Shown one piece after another: positions 25,790 through 39,419 of a stretch of 64,000 nt of DNA; positions within the stretch are counted from its first letter, which is position 1; each line of letters starts with the position of its first letter. The DNA comes from Vicugna vicugna (lineage: Eukaryota), in the NCBI GenBank assembly GCA_013265495.1, contig MU058781.1, positions 9,529,009 through 9,593,008 on the forward strand, given 5' to 3'. The notes under the pieces were generated by a model. That model worked only from the letters and a program-made list of their open reading frames with translations, had not been told where the DNA came from and searched no databases. Position numbers and translations under genes: made by a program.

Positions 25790-25985
25790 ACTGGGTCTGA
25801 GTCTGAGTGCACGTGTTAGCTGGGTGTCCACTAGTTGTTTGTAGTTATTTCCTGTATCAGTTTCCTGATTTATTGCATGGGGATAATAATGTAATGGACT
25901 ACATAGAGTTGTGAGACTTGATGCATTCATCTATGTAAAATACTTAAAACACAACCTAGCATGAAGAAGGCACTGGATACAAAAG
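25790..25985 (+). mobile_element. MIR SINE
   Basis: tcagtttcctgatttattgcatggggataataat...catagagttgtgaga...tatgtaaaatacttaaaacac. Confidence 0.7.
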
Positions 25986-26609
25986 ACGCCATAGTTGATA
26001 AGACCTTGTTTTTGGCTTGTAATAATGTGGATTTCCCTACTGAGCTATCAGAGTCATTCCAGGACTTTTGAGAGACAAGGTAGTAGAGTCAACATTGCAA
26101 CACTGGTAGAGGGGAAAAAAGTACAGGAAAGGGAATGACTGCCTTTGTAAATGAAAACAGGGATGAGTTTTTAGGCCAAGCTTGCATATAAAAGTGATAG
26201 TCATGGATATATGGGTGGAGTGCATCTCAGAAAGGAACAGGAAGAATGCATGTTGAAAAGGAACATAAATTTGATCTTCATGCAAATCCAGCATTAGTGG
26301 GGCTGCCTTAAGGAAACTATAAGGATGGGGAAGGTAACAGGGATGATCTACACTCAACAACCACAATAGGGGACATACCCATAATTACTAGAAGCAATAT
26401 CCGGGGAAGGAGATGAGTGTTTATGAATGCAGGTTATGGCTTGGAGAATAAGGAAATATGGAATTAACCCAGAGAAGTAAACACAGTTGTCCAGATGGCA
26501 CTGAAATAGGGAAGTACCCCTCTTGGATATGGTCATGGGAAGAGAGCAGACAGAAAGGAAGAGTACATGCACATGTGTATGTGGTTTGTATATGTGTATC
26601 TTTCTATCA

Positions 26610-26815
26610 TATCAGGTGCCATGTGTAGAGATTTCCACTTCTATTTAGAAAGCAATCCTTAGAACTCAGTATGATGAGCCACATTTCACAGATAAGAACA
26701 CTGAGATGGAGAAACAAGTTACATGTTACACATGTAACACCATGTAGACACTGGACAGAAGAACTAGGATAAGACCTCACACTGTCTAAATGTGAACCCA
26801 AGGCTTGTGTTCTAT
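26610..26815 (-). mobile_element. MIR SINE
   Basis: Reverse MIR core ccacatttcacagataagaacactgaga. Confidence 0.6.
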
Positions 26816-28227
26816 GTTGACTCTTACTTATTAAAGAGACTTGCGGCTATATTAAAAAACAAAAAATAAAAAACAAACCTTTGAACCTGAAGGTAGAAGT
26901 ACTGAGAACAGCATTTGGGGAAGATTAAAAGGGCAAGAAAAAGATGTTACTACTCTGGTTCTCTATGAAAGAGTGCCAGGTCCGAGGGAGGAGTTCTTGT
27001 ATGTTTGTTAAAGCTGGAGTTACAAAATTAACATAGTAAAAAGAGATGACGGAGGCGGGACTTCAAATGTTCAGACCTTTGCAGAGAATTTCATTTTTGC
27101 CAAGAACAGCATGTGGTGAAATCTGGACTTGCCTTTCAAATAATTTTTATCATTTTATCCACTGAAGTTTAAGTAAATAACCGAGGAACCTAGAGCACAG
27201 AGTTTAACTTTACAAATAAAGAACATTTGATGTTGTTCTGGAAGTGGCAGAAACCTGGGCAAAAGCAACGTCATTTCAAAGCTCAGAATGAAGGGAAAGT
27301 GGATTGGTACAGTTTCATGTATACCTCAGATGCTGAATGGCCAAGAATTTGTACTGAATGGCAGTTCTCATTGGATGTGTTGTTTTCTTATGAAGTCTTT
27401 TAAGACGAACCAGGAGAAATCAGTTTCTGTAGGTGTTGGGGAGGTGGCTTCACATGTGCCGAGTCTACCCTCACTTTTAAGAGTGAGATTTGACCTAAAG
27501 AATACGTTTACAAGATACCAAACTTTTTATTAGCTAAAATGTTGAGGTATTTTGTTCATATTGTAAGTCAGGGCTTTCCCACCAATGCATTTTCAGTTCA
27601 TTTTTTAAATCTTCAATGAAGGATTTTCTGTTTGTTTCTGCTAAACTCTGTGATGTGAGTTGGGGCCCATTGCTTCCTCTTGTCAAGATTTAGCTTAGTG
27701 GATATTTATGTCAAGGCTCTGGTGTGTGGAACTCTTGTGTTAAATGCTGTAGAGAGATCACTGATACAAGAGTCTCAGACACGTTGTGCTGTAGGGATCA
27801 GTTTAAAAAAGCAACAAAAACAAACGTCCATCCCATGATGTTCTCACAATTCTTCTGTTAAAGGAAGGACAGTATATTCAGTTGTGGGCAGTCAGGAAAG
27901 ATAACCAGAGAACCTCTACACTGGGAAGACAAGGGGTATGATCTTTCTGCTGTAGAGACTAATACAGTGCCTGGTACAAACTTGACAAAAATAGGCACTT
28001 AATAGGTGATAAATGTTAGGGAAACTTAAAAATAAATCTTGAAGGAAGGACAGCTTTTAATGGTTTGGAAATGATTGGACGGGAATTCAAGGTATTCTAA
28101 GGGGAAGTGAGGTAAATACATAGCTCCCAATCATAGAAAGCTTTTCAGTAAAAGTGAATTGGTTAGTTTTTGTGGTATGTGGAGACATATTTTTGAAATT
28201 TGAATATTTAACATAGAATTCTATATT

Positions 28228-28336
28228 TTCTTTTTTTCATTTTCCTATTCTTTTTCGTTATAGGTTATTCCAAGATAATGAATATAGTTCCCTGTGCTAC
28301 ACAGTATAAACTTGTTGATTTTATATATAGTACAGT
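28228..28336 (-). mobile_element. Short artiodactyl/camelid L1 3' UTR copy
   Basis: ttataggttattccaagataatgaatatagttccctgtgctacacagta. Candidate TSD attctatatt (28218-28227) / attttatatt (28337-28346). Confidence 0.85.
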
Positions 28337-28569
28337 ATTTTATATTATGCCATTCAAGTTACTAAAGCAAATATTGAACAGATCATGCAGAGACCTAATG
28401 ATACTCTTCAGTCTTTAGATCATCAATCTGATATTTTCAGAGCTACTTAAAAATACTCCTTGGGAGAAATTGTACAACATCCTTCCATCTGGGATTGTTT
28501 TCCTTCTGCCTTAAGAGGTCCCTTTAGAATTTCTTCAGGTTTTCTGGTGATAAGCTCCCTCAGATTTTA

Positions 28570-28680
28570 TTTATTTATTTTTGTATCTATATATATTTAT
28601 TGAAGTATAGTGTTTACAATGTGTCAATTTCTGGTGTACTGCATAATGCTTCAGTCATACATATACGTACATATATTTGT
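28570..28680 (-). mobile_element. Camelid-type L1 extreme 3' end insertion
   Basis: ttgaagtatagt...acaatgtgtcaatttctggtgtactgcataatgcttcagtcatacat. TSD agatttta at 28562-28569 and 28681-28688. Confidence 0.88.
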
Positions 28681-29191
28681 AGATTTTACATAAAGGACTT
28701 GATGTTGCCTTTATTTTTGAAGGATATTTTCACTGGGTATAGAATTTTTGGAAATTACCTTCAGTGCATTAAAAATAGCATTTCTGAGGTCATGCCTCCT
28801 GGCTACCATGATTCTGTTGAATCTGTTGGTCTGTCTTTTGCCATTTGAAAATACTGTCTCTGCTGTTAAGCTCCCCTCCCCCACTCTCTGCAGCTTTAAC
28901 AATGTTCACTTTTTTTTTTTTTAAACAGTTTTAAGATTTTGTTTGTCTTTGGTTTTGAGCAGTTTTTCTATTATGGTCTAGGTGTGAATTTCCATGTGTT
29001 TACCTAACTCAAGATTTGTAGCACTTCTTGAATCTGTGATGTTACAGTTGTTTTTAATCAATTTAGGACAATTCTCAGCCATTATCTCTTTAGATAACAG
29101 TTTTACCCCTTTTCTTCTCTTGTCTAATTACATGTATAGTAACCTGGGTTTCATTTATTGCTTTCCTTTTTTCTTTTTTTCAGCCTTAATC

Positions 29192-30467
29192 TTTTTTTTT
29201 TTTTAATTTGAGTATAGGCAGTTAACAATGTGTCAATTTCTGGTGTACAGCATAATGTTTCAGTCATACATATGCATATATATATTTCTTTTTATCTTCT
29301 TTTTTATTATAGGTTAATACAAGATAATTGAATACAGTCCCCTGTGCTATACAGAAGAAGTTTAGAAAGTCTTTTTTACATATAGTAGGTTAATATTTGC
29401 AAATCTCAACTCCCAATTTATCCCTTCCTACCACTTTCCCCACAGTAACCATAAGTTTGTTTACTATATCTGTGTGTCTGTTTGTTTTATAGATAAGTAG
29501 TGTCCTTTTTTCTCTTTTTTTTAGATTTCAGAAAAGAATGATATATGGTATTTTTCTTTCTCTTTCTGGCTCACTTAGAATGACGATCTCCAGATCCATC
29601 CATGTTGCTGCAAGTGACACTATTTTATTCTTTTTTATGGCTGAGTAGTATTCCATTGTGTAAATATACCACAGCTTCTTTATCTAGTCCTCTGTTGATG
29701 GATACTTAGTTTGTTTCCATGTCTTGGCTATTATTGTATATAGTGCTGCTGTGAACATTAAGGTGCTTGTATCTTTTCAAATTAGAGTTCCCTCTGGATA
29801 TACGCCCAGGAATGGTGTTGCTGGATCATATGGTAAGTCTACTTTGAGTTTTTTGAGGAATCTCCAAACTGTCTTCCATAATGGTTGCACCAATTTATAC
29901 TCCCACCAACAGTGTAGGAGGGTTCCCTTTTCTCCACAGCCTCTCCAGTATTTATTATTTATAGACTTTTTAATGATGGCCATTCTGAATGGTGTGAAGT
30001 GATATCTCATTGTAGTTTTGATTCGCATTTCTCTGATAATTAATGATATTGAACATTTTTTTTATGTGCCTGTTGGCCACTTGTATGTCTTCATTAGAGA
30101 ATTGCTTGTTTAGGTCTTCTGCCCATTTTTGGATTGGGTTGTGGTTTTTTTGGGGGGGTTATATAAGATGTTTATATATTCTGGAAATTAAACCTTTGTC
30201 AGTCACATAATTTGCAAATATTTTCTCCCATTCTGTAGGTGGTTTTGCTTATGGTTTCCTTTACTGTGCAAAAGCTTTTAAGTTTAATTAGGTCCCATTT
30301 GTTTATTGTTGCTTTTATTTCTATTGCCTGGGTAGACTGCCCTAGGATAACATTGCTAAGATTTATGGCAGAATATGTTTTGCCTATGTTTTCTTCTAGG
30401 AGGTTTATGGTGTCTTATGTTTAAGTCTTTAAGCCATTTTGAGTTTATTTTTGTGTGTGGTATGAGG
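29192..30467 (-). mobile_element. Younger 5'-truncated L1 (about 1.3 kb: ORF2 C-terminus, 3' UTR, poly-A)
   Basis: ORF 29777-30028 ([19 protein letters not shown]...[37 protein letters not shown]) is the L1 ORF2 cysteine-rich C-terminus. T-run at the left end. Confidence 0.95.
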
Positions 30468-31679
30468 GTCCCTTTTTCTCTTGATGCTCTAATCTGGATA
30501 TTTCCTCCTGATGTAGTATCCAGTTCACTTTTATCTCTTCAGCTATCCATGGTATGCTGTTAAACCCATATTTTGAATATTTTCATACCAGTGGTTATAT
30601 TTTAATTTATAAGATGTCTTTTTGATTCAGTTTATGCTGAAATCCTTTAGTTGGATGGCTCATTAAACACACTCATCACATTTCTCTGAAGTCATCTGAT
30701 AACTACAATGTCTGAATTTCCTGTGGGTCTGTTTCTATTGCTTCTTACTTTTCTCTTGATTTTTCCTTAGTTCTTATTTTTGTAAGCATGATTATTTCAG
30801 ATGAATGCTGGGCATTGTGTATTAAAAGTTTAGAGATACTATTTAGCTGTGAATGATAACTTCCTTTGAAGTGTTTCCTTTTCTTCTGGGAGGCAGGCAG
30901 GGTAAGGATGAAACACCTTGATACATGGAGGTAATAACTGCTCCAAAGATGGCCCTTAGTGTTGATGAGGGCTGCTCATTTACTGGTGTATTACGCATCC
31001 TCCTTGGGTTTAGAAACGGGGAATCCCAACCAAGGGTCTGGATTGTTATCAGGGAGTGCCCCTTTCCCTTAGCAGGCAGTGAACTCCAATTTTTACCTGC
31101 CCAGTTCCTGAGTTGATTGAGCTGTCTAGTTCTTCTACCGTCTGCAGTAGAATTAGCAGATGTGCTTGCTAAAGAGGAGGCAGACATCAGGCTCCCTTGT
31201 TTCCACAGTCATGGCCCTTCAAGTCTTTGTGCCTTAAAGCAGAGTCTTTGTTAACAAGTTTTTCCATAGTTTTTAAATTCTCTGTAGGGACAGTTGGTCT
31301 GGTCTAATCTAGTCCATTTTATTGAAGTGGAAGTTGAGGTGCTTGAAGGTGGTCTAATCCTAGATGTTTTGAAACCTTGGTACTATGTTTCAATAATTTG
31401 CAATGCCAACTTGCCATTTAGTTATTAAAATTTTTCCTCTGACCTTAATAAAAACATCACAATGTCATATGTTTGCCTTTAAAGATAGGTTCTAAATTTT
31501 TCTTCTATTATCTCATTGAATGTTCACAACAGCCATATGATGTCACACATTCCAGTGAAGTTCTCCGTGGAGACTTATCAGACTTATCCACAGTTGTAAT
31601 TAGTGAATCAGTTGTGTCTTTATTCATTTATCTCCTGTTTGTGAAATGACTATTCTGGAAAATGGGGATGGGGAAAAGG

Positions 31680-31850
31680 GGGGCAGAGTTTAGAAGATGA
31701 GAATTTTCAAGGACTTGGTGACCAAGTGATTGTGGAGTGAGGAGGGAGTAGTGATTTTGCTTGGGTAAACTGAGGCTATGGTAGTTCTCCCTTAAAAAAA
31801 AAAGAAGCATATTATAAGAGAATTAAGGTTTAGCAGGGGCAATAATGAAT
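31680..31850 (-). mobile_element. L2 fragment
   Basis: caaggacttggtgaccaagtgattgtggagtgagg...gcttgggtaaactg. Confidence 0.6.
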
Positions 31851-32819
31851 AGAGAAAATTAGTACTGAATTGTACTCCCAGGGGGAGAGTTACTGTCCCA
31901 GAGCGAGGTTGTTAGTGGACGTTTTAAAGACGAGGAGAGAAGGGAAGGAGGGCAGTCTTGGGGGGGGGGTGCTAAAATTAGAAGTACTCTCATCCCCTTT
32001 TCCCCTCTCCCCTGCTCCCCCTAACCTTCCTGTTTGAGGGCTCACAGAGTGCCAGGTGCTGTGCTATGTTTGTATATATGTTCTCATTTCACCTTTACTC
32101 CTGTAAGACAGTTACGTTTACAGTCCCACCTTAGAGCCTTGTCCATTTGTCAGGCACTGAAACCACTGTCTCTGAAGGAGCAACGTGGTAGAACATAAAG
32201 CTGAGTAGGAGATCAGTGCCGGTAACAAAGATCTTAGAATGGAGTCTGAGTGTTTAGAATTTCACTCTGAAGATGACTTGCCGGGACTTGAGCAGGCAGT
32301 GGAGCCCCTGGTGGATGGGAGGCTGGTGAGGAGGTGGGAAGAGTCTGTGCTGCAGAGGGAAGAACCACTGGGGCTACTTCAGGCGTGCATGTTGCATAAC
32401 AAAGTCCTCTACAGAGAAGAACCAGCAGGCGGGGAAAGATGGGGCAGCTGTGAGATGTCAGAGCTAGAAAGGTCAGGTCTAAAGACATGAAAGATGCAGG
32501 GAGGAGTGACACAGACAGCCTCACGCCTGGGGACAAAAGTTCTCCTTACTGCTCTCTCCTGCCTCCGTCCTTCCCACGCACTTACTCTAACTCACCACGC
32601 AAGCAGAGCAGCTCCTCTTCAAGACTCCATTCTCCAGCTTCTGCTCTCAGCCCAGCCTTTCCTGCCCCTCCCCTCTCTTCCTTCTGTCCTTGGACATAGC
32701 TTTTCCCTCCCTGTTGCAGGTTTCTGTTACAGGTGTACTACGAATACTGTAGTCTGACTTGCTCTCCTCCTTCCTACTCTCCTTTCTTCTTTGCTCTTTA
32801 AAAAACATTACATACCTAG

Positions 32820-32930
32820 CACGACACTGAGCTCTTTGAGTGTAGACTGTGATTTCTTCTGGATTTTACTGTTATTATCGCATACTATGTCTGATATGTA
32901 TTATATGCTGAATAAGTGAGTAAATAAATA
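32820..32930 (+). mobile_element. L2 3' end
   Basis: ctgagctctttgagtgtagactgtg...tatgctgaataagtgagtaaataaata. Confidence 0.55.
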
Positions 32931-34543
32931 GGAAATCATGGTGCTCCTGTCGGAAAGAGGTATAAATGAACAAAGCTCATAGTGACGTAGAATGGAAGTC
33001 AACTGTAATTGACTTGTCAAGTGCTGTTCTTCCTTTTTGTTGCTTTACAAAAAAATTCTACATGACTTTCAGGATATTTCACCTGTGATGACTCCACAGA
33101 ATAATAGTCAGCTCCATAAACTATATTTTGAGACAGTAGTAACCAAGAAAAAGAAAATCAACAAAACATGCTACGCCACGCTAGTACTGATGAGTTCTTC
33201 CATTGCCTGTGATAACTTCCATTTCTTTTGACAGTTGAGTTTACCCTTTCTTGTTCAAATTTTCTGCTTGATAAGATTTTGCTTGATAAAGGTTCTGATA
33301 AATTGGAAAATGCCCAGATATTGGACCAAAGAAGGGAGAGAAGGAGAGGAAACACTTGACAGAGAGACTCATTGCTTCACAGGGTTGAAGATAATGGAGT
33401 ATTAGGGAGTGACTGCCAGTTCGGGAAAGCAGACAAAAACTGCACAGAGCTGAGAAATTAAGAGAGGAACTGGGGAACAAAGGTCTAAGAAAATTTGTTA
33501 ATTCAGATCTAGATAGAGAATTTTTACATTAGGATGAGAAAGGCCAGCAAGAAGAACTTACCACCTCATCTCTAATCCAGCGTTATGTGTTTAAAAATTA
33601 TGGTCTTAAGGTCGTTAGCCGGCTGGCGAGCCTTTCTAGCGGGTTCCTCTTGTGGCAGGGAAATCACACAGCCATAACTATAGCGTTTTTATCCATCTCT
33701 TGAAGGAGATTCTCTCTTGGCCCTGTGTTTAGTTATCTGACTGTCTCTCATAATGTAGGAAGGTCAGCATGTGCTTAGTAATTTTTAAGTCCTGGGACCA
33801 AACTTGATTTCATTTGCAGTTTGTACAGTGACAAGCACATTGGTGAAGAAAAACAAATATTCACTATAATATTTATTAGTTCATGACCCAATTGGATATC
33901 AAAGCTGTGAAAAGAGTTTTAATAGCTTTTCCCAATCCCTGAAATGTGTAGCTCTCCGGTATCACGTGAACAAAGGTGGTAGCTGGATGCCAGTAGTACC
34001 TGGGATGCTGAGCATAAGGAATATAGCCCTGCTTTTCTATTGAGCTTCAAAACATGATATTGTTCTAAGACTAGGGAGAGTGGACTTTTCAGTTTAAATC
34101 CCTTTTGTTCCCTGTAGGTAGGACTGTGAATTTTAGATTTCATGGATGAATAGGTAACCTTAGTGAGTGATTTGAGACTACAGTACATAAAAATATGTCA
34201 ATAGTTCAGGATGACTGATAGCTCCTCTTGTAGCGTAAGCCACCTGCAATTTTTTATAGTCTTACAGCATAAGCCATCTTGAACAGATAATCAATTCTAT
34301 TGCACAAACAGTCACTTCTATTCACCAAGGGGGCCCACTTTCTCTCCCCTAAGCAGGACTATAAAAAAAAATAACCTACATAATCCAAATTATCAAAACT
34401 CCTGAAATATTGGGGCACTTGCAAAGCTAGCCTTCTGCACCTCCTCTCTGTCTCGCCTCTGTCTTCCGTTATGAGCTGAGGAACAGGGGAGCCAGTGAGG
34501 CAGCAATAACAAACACATCAGGGAGAACTTCATAGACATACAT

Positions 34544-34547
<4 letters not shown>

Positions 34548-34583
<36 letters not shown>
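34548..34583 (+). repeat. (AC)18 microsatellite
   Basis: Read directly from the sequence. Confidence 0.97.
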
Positions 34584-34586
<3 letters not shown>

Positions 34587-35494
34587 TGTGAATGTTTTGG
34601 TCAAGGTATTGTTTTCTTGGACAACTTTTCCCTAGAATTTTAATCTTTAAAGGATTAGGAGAAAATTTACTTTTCTCAAGCATCAGATTGCATTGTAACA
34701 ACAGCCTGTCAACAATGGAATTCATTTTTCTTGAATGGCTTTCTTCATTTCATTGAATTAAAAATTTAAAGTTTGAATTTGCAACCTGAATTGCATGAAG
34801 TCTTTACTAAAAATACGCTTGTGAATTAATGTTTTTGATTAAAGATGATTGTTACAGATAAACCATTCATCAATGTTTTCTTCTTCCATTAAAATGCCAT
34901 TGTCCTGCTAAGTTAGACATGCAGGGTCATTTTTTCAATATAGTATACACAGTATCATATTTGCTGTTTAACTATTTATTGAGCTTTGAATAGGTGATAG
35001 GTGCTGGTTTTCACTGGTGGGATTGGGGATGCAATGCTGAACAAGACAGTTTGTGTCCCCGCCTGTTGGAGCTGACTTTTGAAGAATGTAGTTATCAGGA
35101 TCTAATGAATACAAATTTTAAATTCTCTCAGCAGCAGCTGGGCCATTAACAAATAATGATTTTGAAGGAAACATTAAACCCCAGAATTTCACAAATGGGG
35201 AAAATCAATAATAAATGGTTCTGGCTTGTCATGAAACACTGTCTCATATCTGGATTTCAACTTCAGACATGGTTGTTACTACTTAAACTCAGGTACTTTT
35301 GTAGTGGTGATCAATGTCAAATCCAGTAGGTTATATCCTTTCTGGTTTCTGGCCTACAGCTTAGAAACCATATAGAACACTCAAATTTAGAATTTTTTTT
35401 TTTTTTAATGTTAACTGGCCTTTCAAAGGATCCTTCAGTGACCTGGCAAGCTACATTCTCAAGTCACTGTTTTCAGTGTTATGAGAGTTTAAAG

Positions 35495-36250
35495 CAGCAG
35501 TGTTTCAACTTTTTTTTCATAGACCCTTTAGGGTCCTTGAGACCTTTTCAGTGGATCTACAAGGTCAAATCTATTTTCATAATAAGACTAGGATGTTATT
35601 TGCCTTTTTCATCTTCTTTCGCTGACACATGTACCATGAAGTTTCCCATCATACATTTGGAGCCTGTTTGCAACACAGTGAATCAATATTTTCTAAATAA
35701 CCAGTGATTGATGTTACAAAACTGGGCATAGGTAAAGATCAAGTGCTAACCCCATCAATAGATTTTAATGTATCAGAGTGTGAAAAATTCACTGATGGGT
35801 TCTGATTCCTATGGAAAGTCACCAGCTGTTGAGTTTTGGTGTAGTATCAGGGAAAGAATATCAAAAATCATATGAAAAGGCTATTACGTTATTCCTCCAT
35901 TTTTCAGTTACATATCTTTGTCAGAATAGGTTTTCTTTATGCACTCTAACTAAAATAAGGTCACAACAGATTCAATACAGCAGACAGACTCCAGCTGTCG
36001 TCTATTAATCCAGGCATAAAAAAATTTTACAACCCTGTAAAACAATGCCAGTGCATTTTATAGCAAAAATCTAATTGCTTATAAAAATAATCTCACTTAG
36101 GTTAATAGTAACGTGTTTTTAGATTGTTTTACATGAACTAATAAGTATTAAATACTTATTAGTTTTAATTTGCAACATGGTAAATACTTGAGTGAGTAAT
36201 TTTTAAGATGAGTTAAAGTATCTTGTAATTAACCAACTTCAGAACAGCTG
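35495..36250 (+). mobile_element. Charlie1-family hAT transposon, internally deleted
   Basis: The left end gagaccttttcagtggatctacaaggtcaaatctattttcataata matches Charlie1. ORF 35811-36008 (KEYQKSYEKAITLFLHFSVTYLCQNRFS) is a decayed hAT dimerisation domain. 8-bp flanks gtttaaag / atctaaag. Confidence 0.88.
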
Positions 36251-38143
36251 ATCTAAAGGAATACATTAACAAATCCACCTTCAGGAAGTTCAAGTATAGA
36301 GAGAATTTGCAAGAGTTCCATTCTCTGGGATCCATGATCTGCTCTTCTCATTTTGAAATAGTTTAATAGGAAGTTTAGATGGAATCTCCTTTAATGGCTT
36401 GGGGCTCTCCAGTTCTGTGTGCAGTGACGGAGGATGAAGACAGAAAGACTGTACAGTAATTTAGTCAATAGAGTCCATTTTTAATCTCCAATCTCCTGTG
36501 TCCAAAGTCATGAAATCCTCCAGGACCATTTAAGAGTTTCAAACTGCAGCTACGGAAAATGGAGCATTTTGCCAGGGCTTCACGACATTTATTCTTCGAG
36601 ATGCAGCTTGCAGCTCCGCATGCTAAAAGGCAATCAAAACTGCTTATCTGAAACATCTTCATCATCCATTTGGAAACGAAGAATCGCGCTTTTTCTCCTT
36701 CATCCCTGCAGGAAGCTACACCCAGCTGACTTCTCATTCTGGACTTTTTCTCAAGGTCACCTATGTAATTTTTTTTTTTCTCCCAAATCCTCAGTGTCCT
36801 TCCTCTTCTTGGAGATAATAGCACCTAGCCTCTGAGTCATCATTTCCTTGTCCTCAATTTTCTTTCTGGCTTCCTGCAATTTTAATCCCAAGCCTCTGCA
36901 GTTCCTTCCCATGGAGGTTTAAGTGGCTCCATTTACAACCAATTTCCAACTAATATTTGATGCATTCTTTTAAAATAAACCAAACTGTTCTCCTCTGCTG
37001 GCTTGGTACCTTGGACTTAATAAAATCAAAGTCCTGATGGGATGGGCTTTTAAACTGGTGGTTTTTGTTCTGTGATTTTTAAAGAAATATACAGATCTTT
37101 AGAAGTTGGAGGTAGATGGTTCCTGATGGATTAATTTCAGAATCTAGTGCTGTCATTAATGAAGGGAAAGAAATGCCTCTCTCCTCTGTACTTAGCTCCA
37201 ATTCTTATAAAATGAGAGTGGGGTAGATGAGTGAAAGAAATCATAAATTTTCTTCTAGGGGCTGTTTCCTTCTAACCTCCTTTGGATCCCTTATCTCTGG
37301 CCCCTTCTGTAAGCTGATCCAGCTCATATCAGCCTGAGACATGAACCATGCAAAGCTGCTTTTTAAAGAAATTTTAATTCCTGCTTGATGGGCTAGGCTG
37401 AAGCCCCTGATCTGAAATAGGTGTTTTTTTTTTTTTTTAAACAAGACTGAAAGCCACAGTGCACCTGGGATTTCACTGCACACCAGACTTCCAGACTTAG
37501 ACACACACACACACACAGATTCTTTTCTAGAACGGGGGAAAAAGCCAGTTAAAAATAGCCAAGCTTTAAGTAATAAAATGCAGCTTAGTTTGCCAGGAGT
37601 CACGTATTAAGAGCCACCATTTTTGGCGTGCCTGAATACTGTTTCTATCCCTGATCTGTTTTAAATCTTTTAAGGGTTTTATGGTTTTTTCCGCCTTTCC
37701 ATAATATTAGCTTGCTGAATATATATACTTTTTAATCCTAGTCTGAAATTTCACCCTTAATTAGCCCCTGTGTGGTGAAGTCTCAGAGTACCACGTCACA
37801 GAAGATAAATGACATCTTTGGGCCCAACATACTTGGGTTTTTAACTCACCGTGTTTAATTGTCCTGGGTGGGGGTGGAGCTAAAACGTAGGCTCAGCCTT
37901 AAGGATTGTGAGGCCAGATCTAGAAAAAAATGGAATGATTTAGGAGTTGCCTATGTATCCTCTTGCAGATACAAAATGAGCTGCCTTTTATTTACAACCA
38001 AAGCCAATTTCAACCAGCTTTTGTTTCCTGCCAGGAGTAGACATTGCAAGCAACGTGAGGGTCTGAAAGTAACGGTAACTCTCATAGTAAGGGGAGAGCA
38101 TGGTGGTTGTGCTCTGATAAGGTGGTGACGATGGGGGCGCTGT

Positions 38144-38345
38144 CACTTATTAACTGGGTGCTGGGTGTCAGACTTTGTGTTCGACGTTTTACATAATTTT
38201 TTTTCTCCTTTAATTTACATACCAGCTCTGAGCACCGGGTGTTGTCATTTCCATTTTACGGAGGAAGAACAAGGAAACTAGGCCACCAAAAGTTGAAGCG
38301 ACCTGCTTAGTGGGATGCTTAGTGTAAGCTTGGTGCCAGAGCTGA
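38144..38345 (-). mobile_element. MIR SINE
   Basis: tttccattttacggaggaagaacaaggaaactagg...gttgaagcgacctgc. Confidence 0.65.
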
Positions 38346-38839
38346 TACCCTGTTGCACAAAGTTGGTTTAATCAGCTGTTTAACAGAAACTCTATTTACA
38401 TCAAGGGGAAAAGAGCCACTTAGAACTGTCTGGTGCAGCTGCATTTACATAAGCCTTTCACAGGCACTATCTTAATCCTCCTATACTGCTTAGGAGGCAG
38501 GTGGACTTATCACCCCTTTTTTGCACGTTGTCTTCTCTTTGGTGCGCTGGTGACTGATACTAATTGTGATGTCTTGAAAGAATTGCAGCATGCTAAAATA
38601 AGGAAGGTTTTTTTTTCCCCCTGGTTATGTGAACTCTGTTTATAGTTCAGCATTTGAGTAAGTTTTATTAATGTTCCCATGGAAGAGATTGTGCTCTTCT
38701 CATTATTTAAAACAGGCTTGCTGCGTTCAGGAGTATAAATTTCGCTCGTGAGGGCTTACAGCACTGTGTGCTTCTCAGTGGGTGTATTTTAAAATTGTAC
38801 ATTAGTTACTTAGAAAACACTTGAAAGGTAGCATCGCGT

Positions 38840-38960
38840 ACTGATCTGGAAAGTCCGGGTTTGGATGGTGCTTTGCTACTAAATAGCTCTGTGACTTCAA
38901 GGCTTGTGACCTTTCTGGGTCCCACTTTCCCCATCTCCATTATAAGTTGGGTGGGATGTT
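38840..38960 (+). mobile_element. MIR/MIR3 fragment
   Basis: ctttgctactaaatagctctgtgactt...ctttctgggtcccactttccccatct. Confidence 0.6.
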
Positions 38961-39419
38961 CAGTAAGGATATACTAGAATTTCTTTTATCCCTTTTGAAA
39001 AATTTGACACCAGGTTTATGAAACTTTTACCACTGTATAATATAATACATCACTTCTTGGTGTAAGTAACTGAGTAATTATGTATCTCACACACATGGAA
39101 AGACAGATAAGAAGCCATTGGAAAATAACTTTTTAACTCTGTCTACTACGAGTTTCTGAATTCTATTTTATTTTTGGTTGTATTTGTAAAAGAATCGCAC
39201 CAAGTCTGATTAAATCAGACTTTCAGTTTTGGAGTTTTATGAAACCGTTGTATCGAGAAGAATATAGTTTTACAAAATCAGGACATTTCTGGACAAGTGG
39301 AATGGTTTTGTACCTACACAGAGTCATTCAAATTTGACTAAGAATCAAACTGTGGAGTGTCCTAGGGTCAAAACTATGAATATTACCATGGTGGTGAGGC
39401 ATTTTAGATTAATAGGACT

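Larger units (their letters stand above)
28470..31335 (-). mobile_element. Old L1ME-like 5' UTR/ORF1 region, interrupted by two younger L1 insertions
   Basis: ttttgaaggatattttcactgggtatagaatt, ttttaagattttgtttgtctttggttttgagcagttt, aattctcagccattatctctt. It ends at ctagtccattttattgaagtggaagt, an L1M 5'-end-like motif. Confidence 0.75.

Noticed and set aside
37791..37798. Isolated UPRE/CRE-like ccacgtca
   Set aside because: A single 8-mer can occur by chance in 64 kb.
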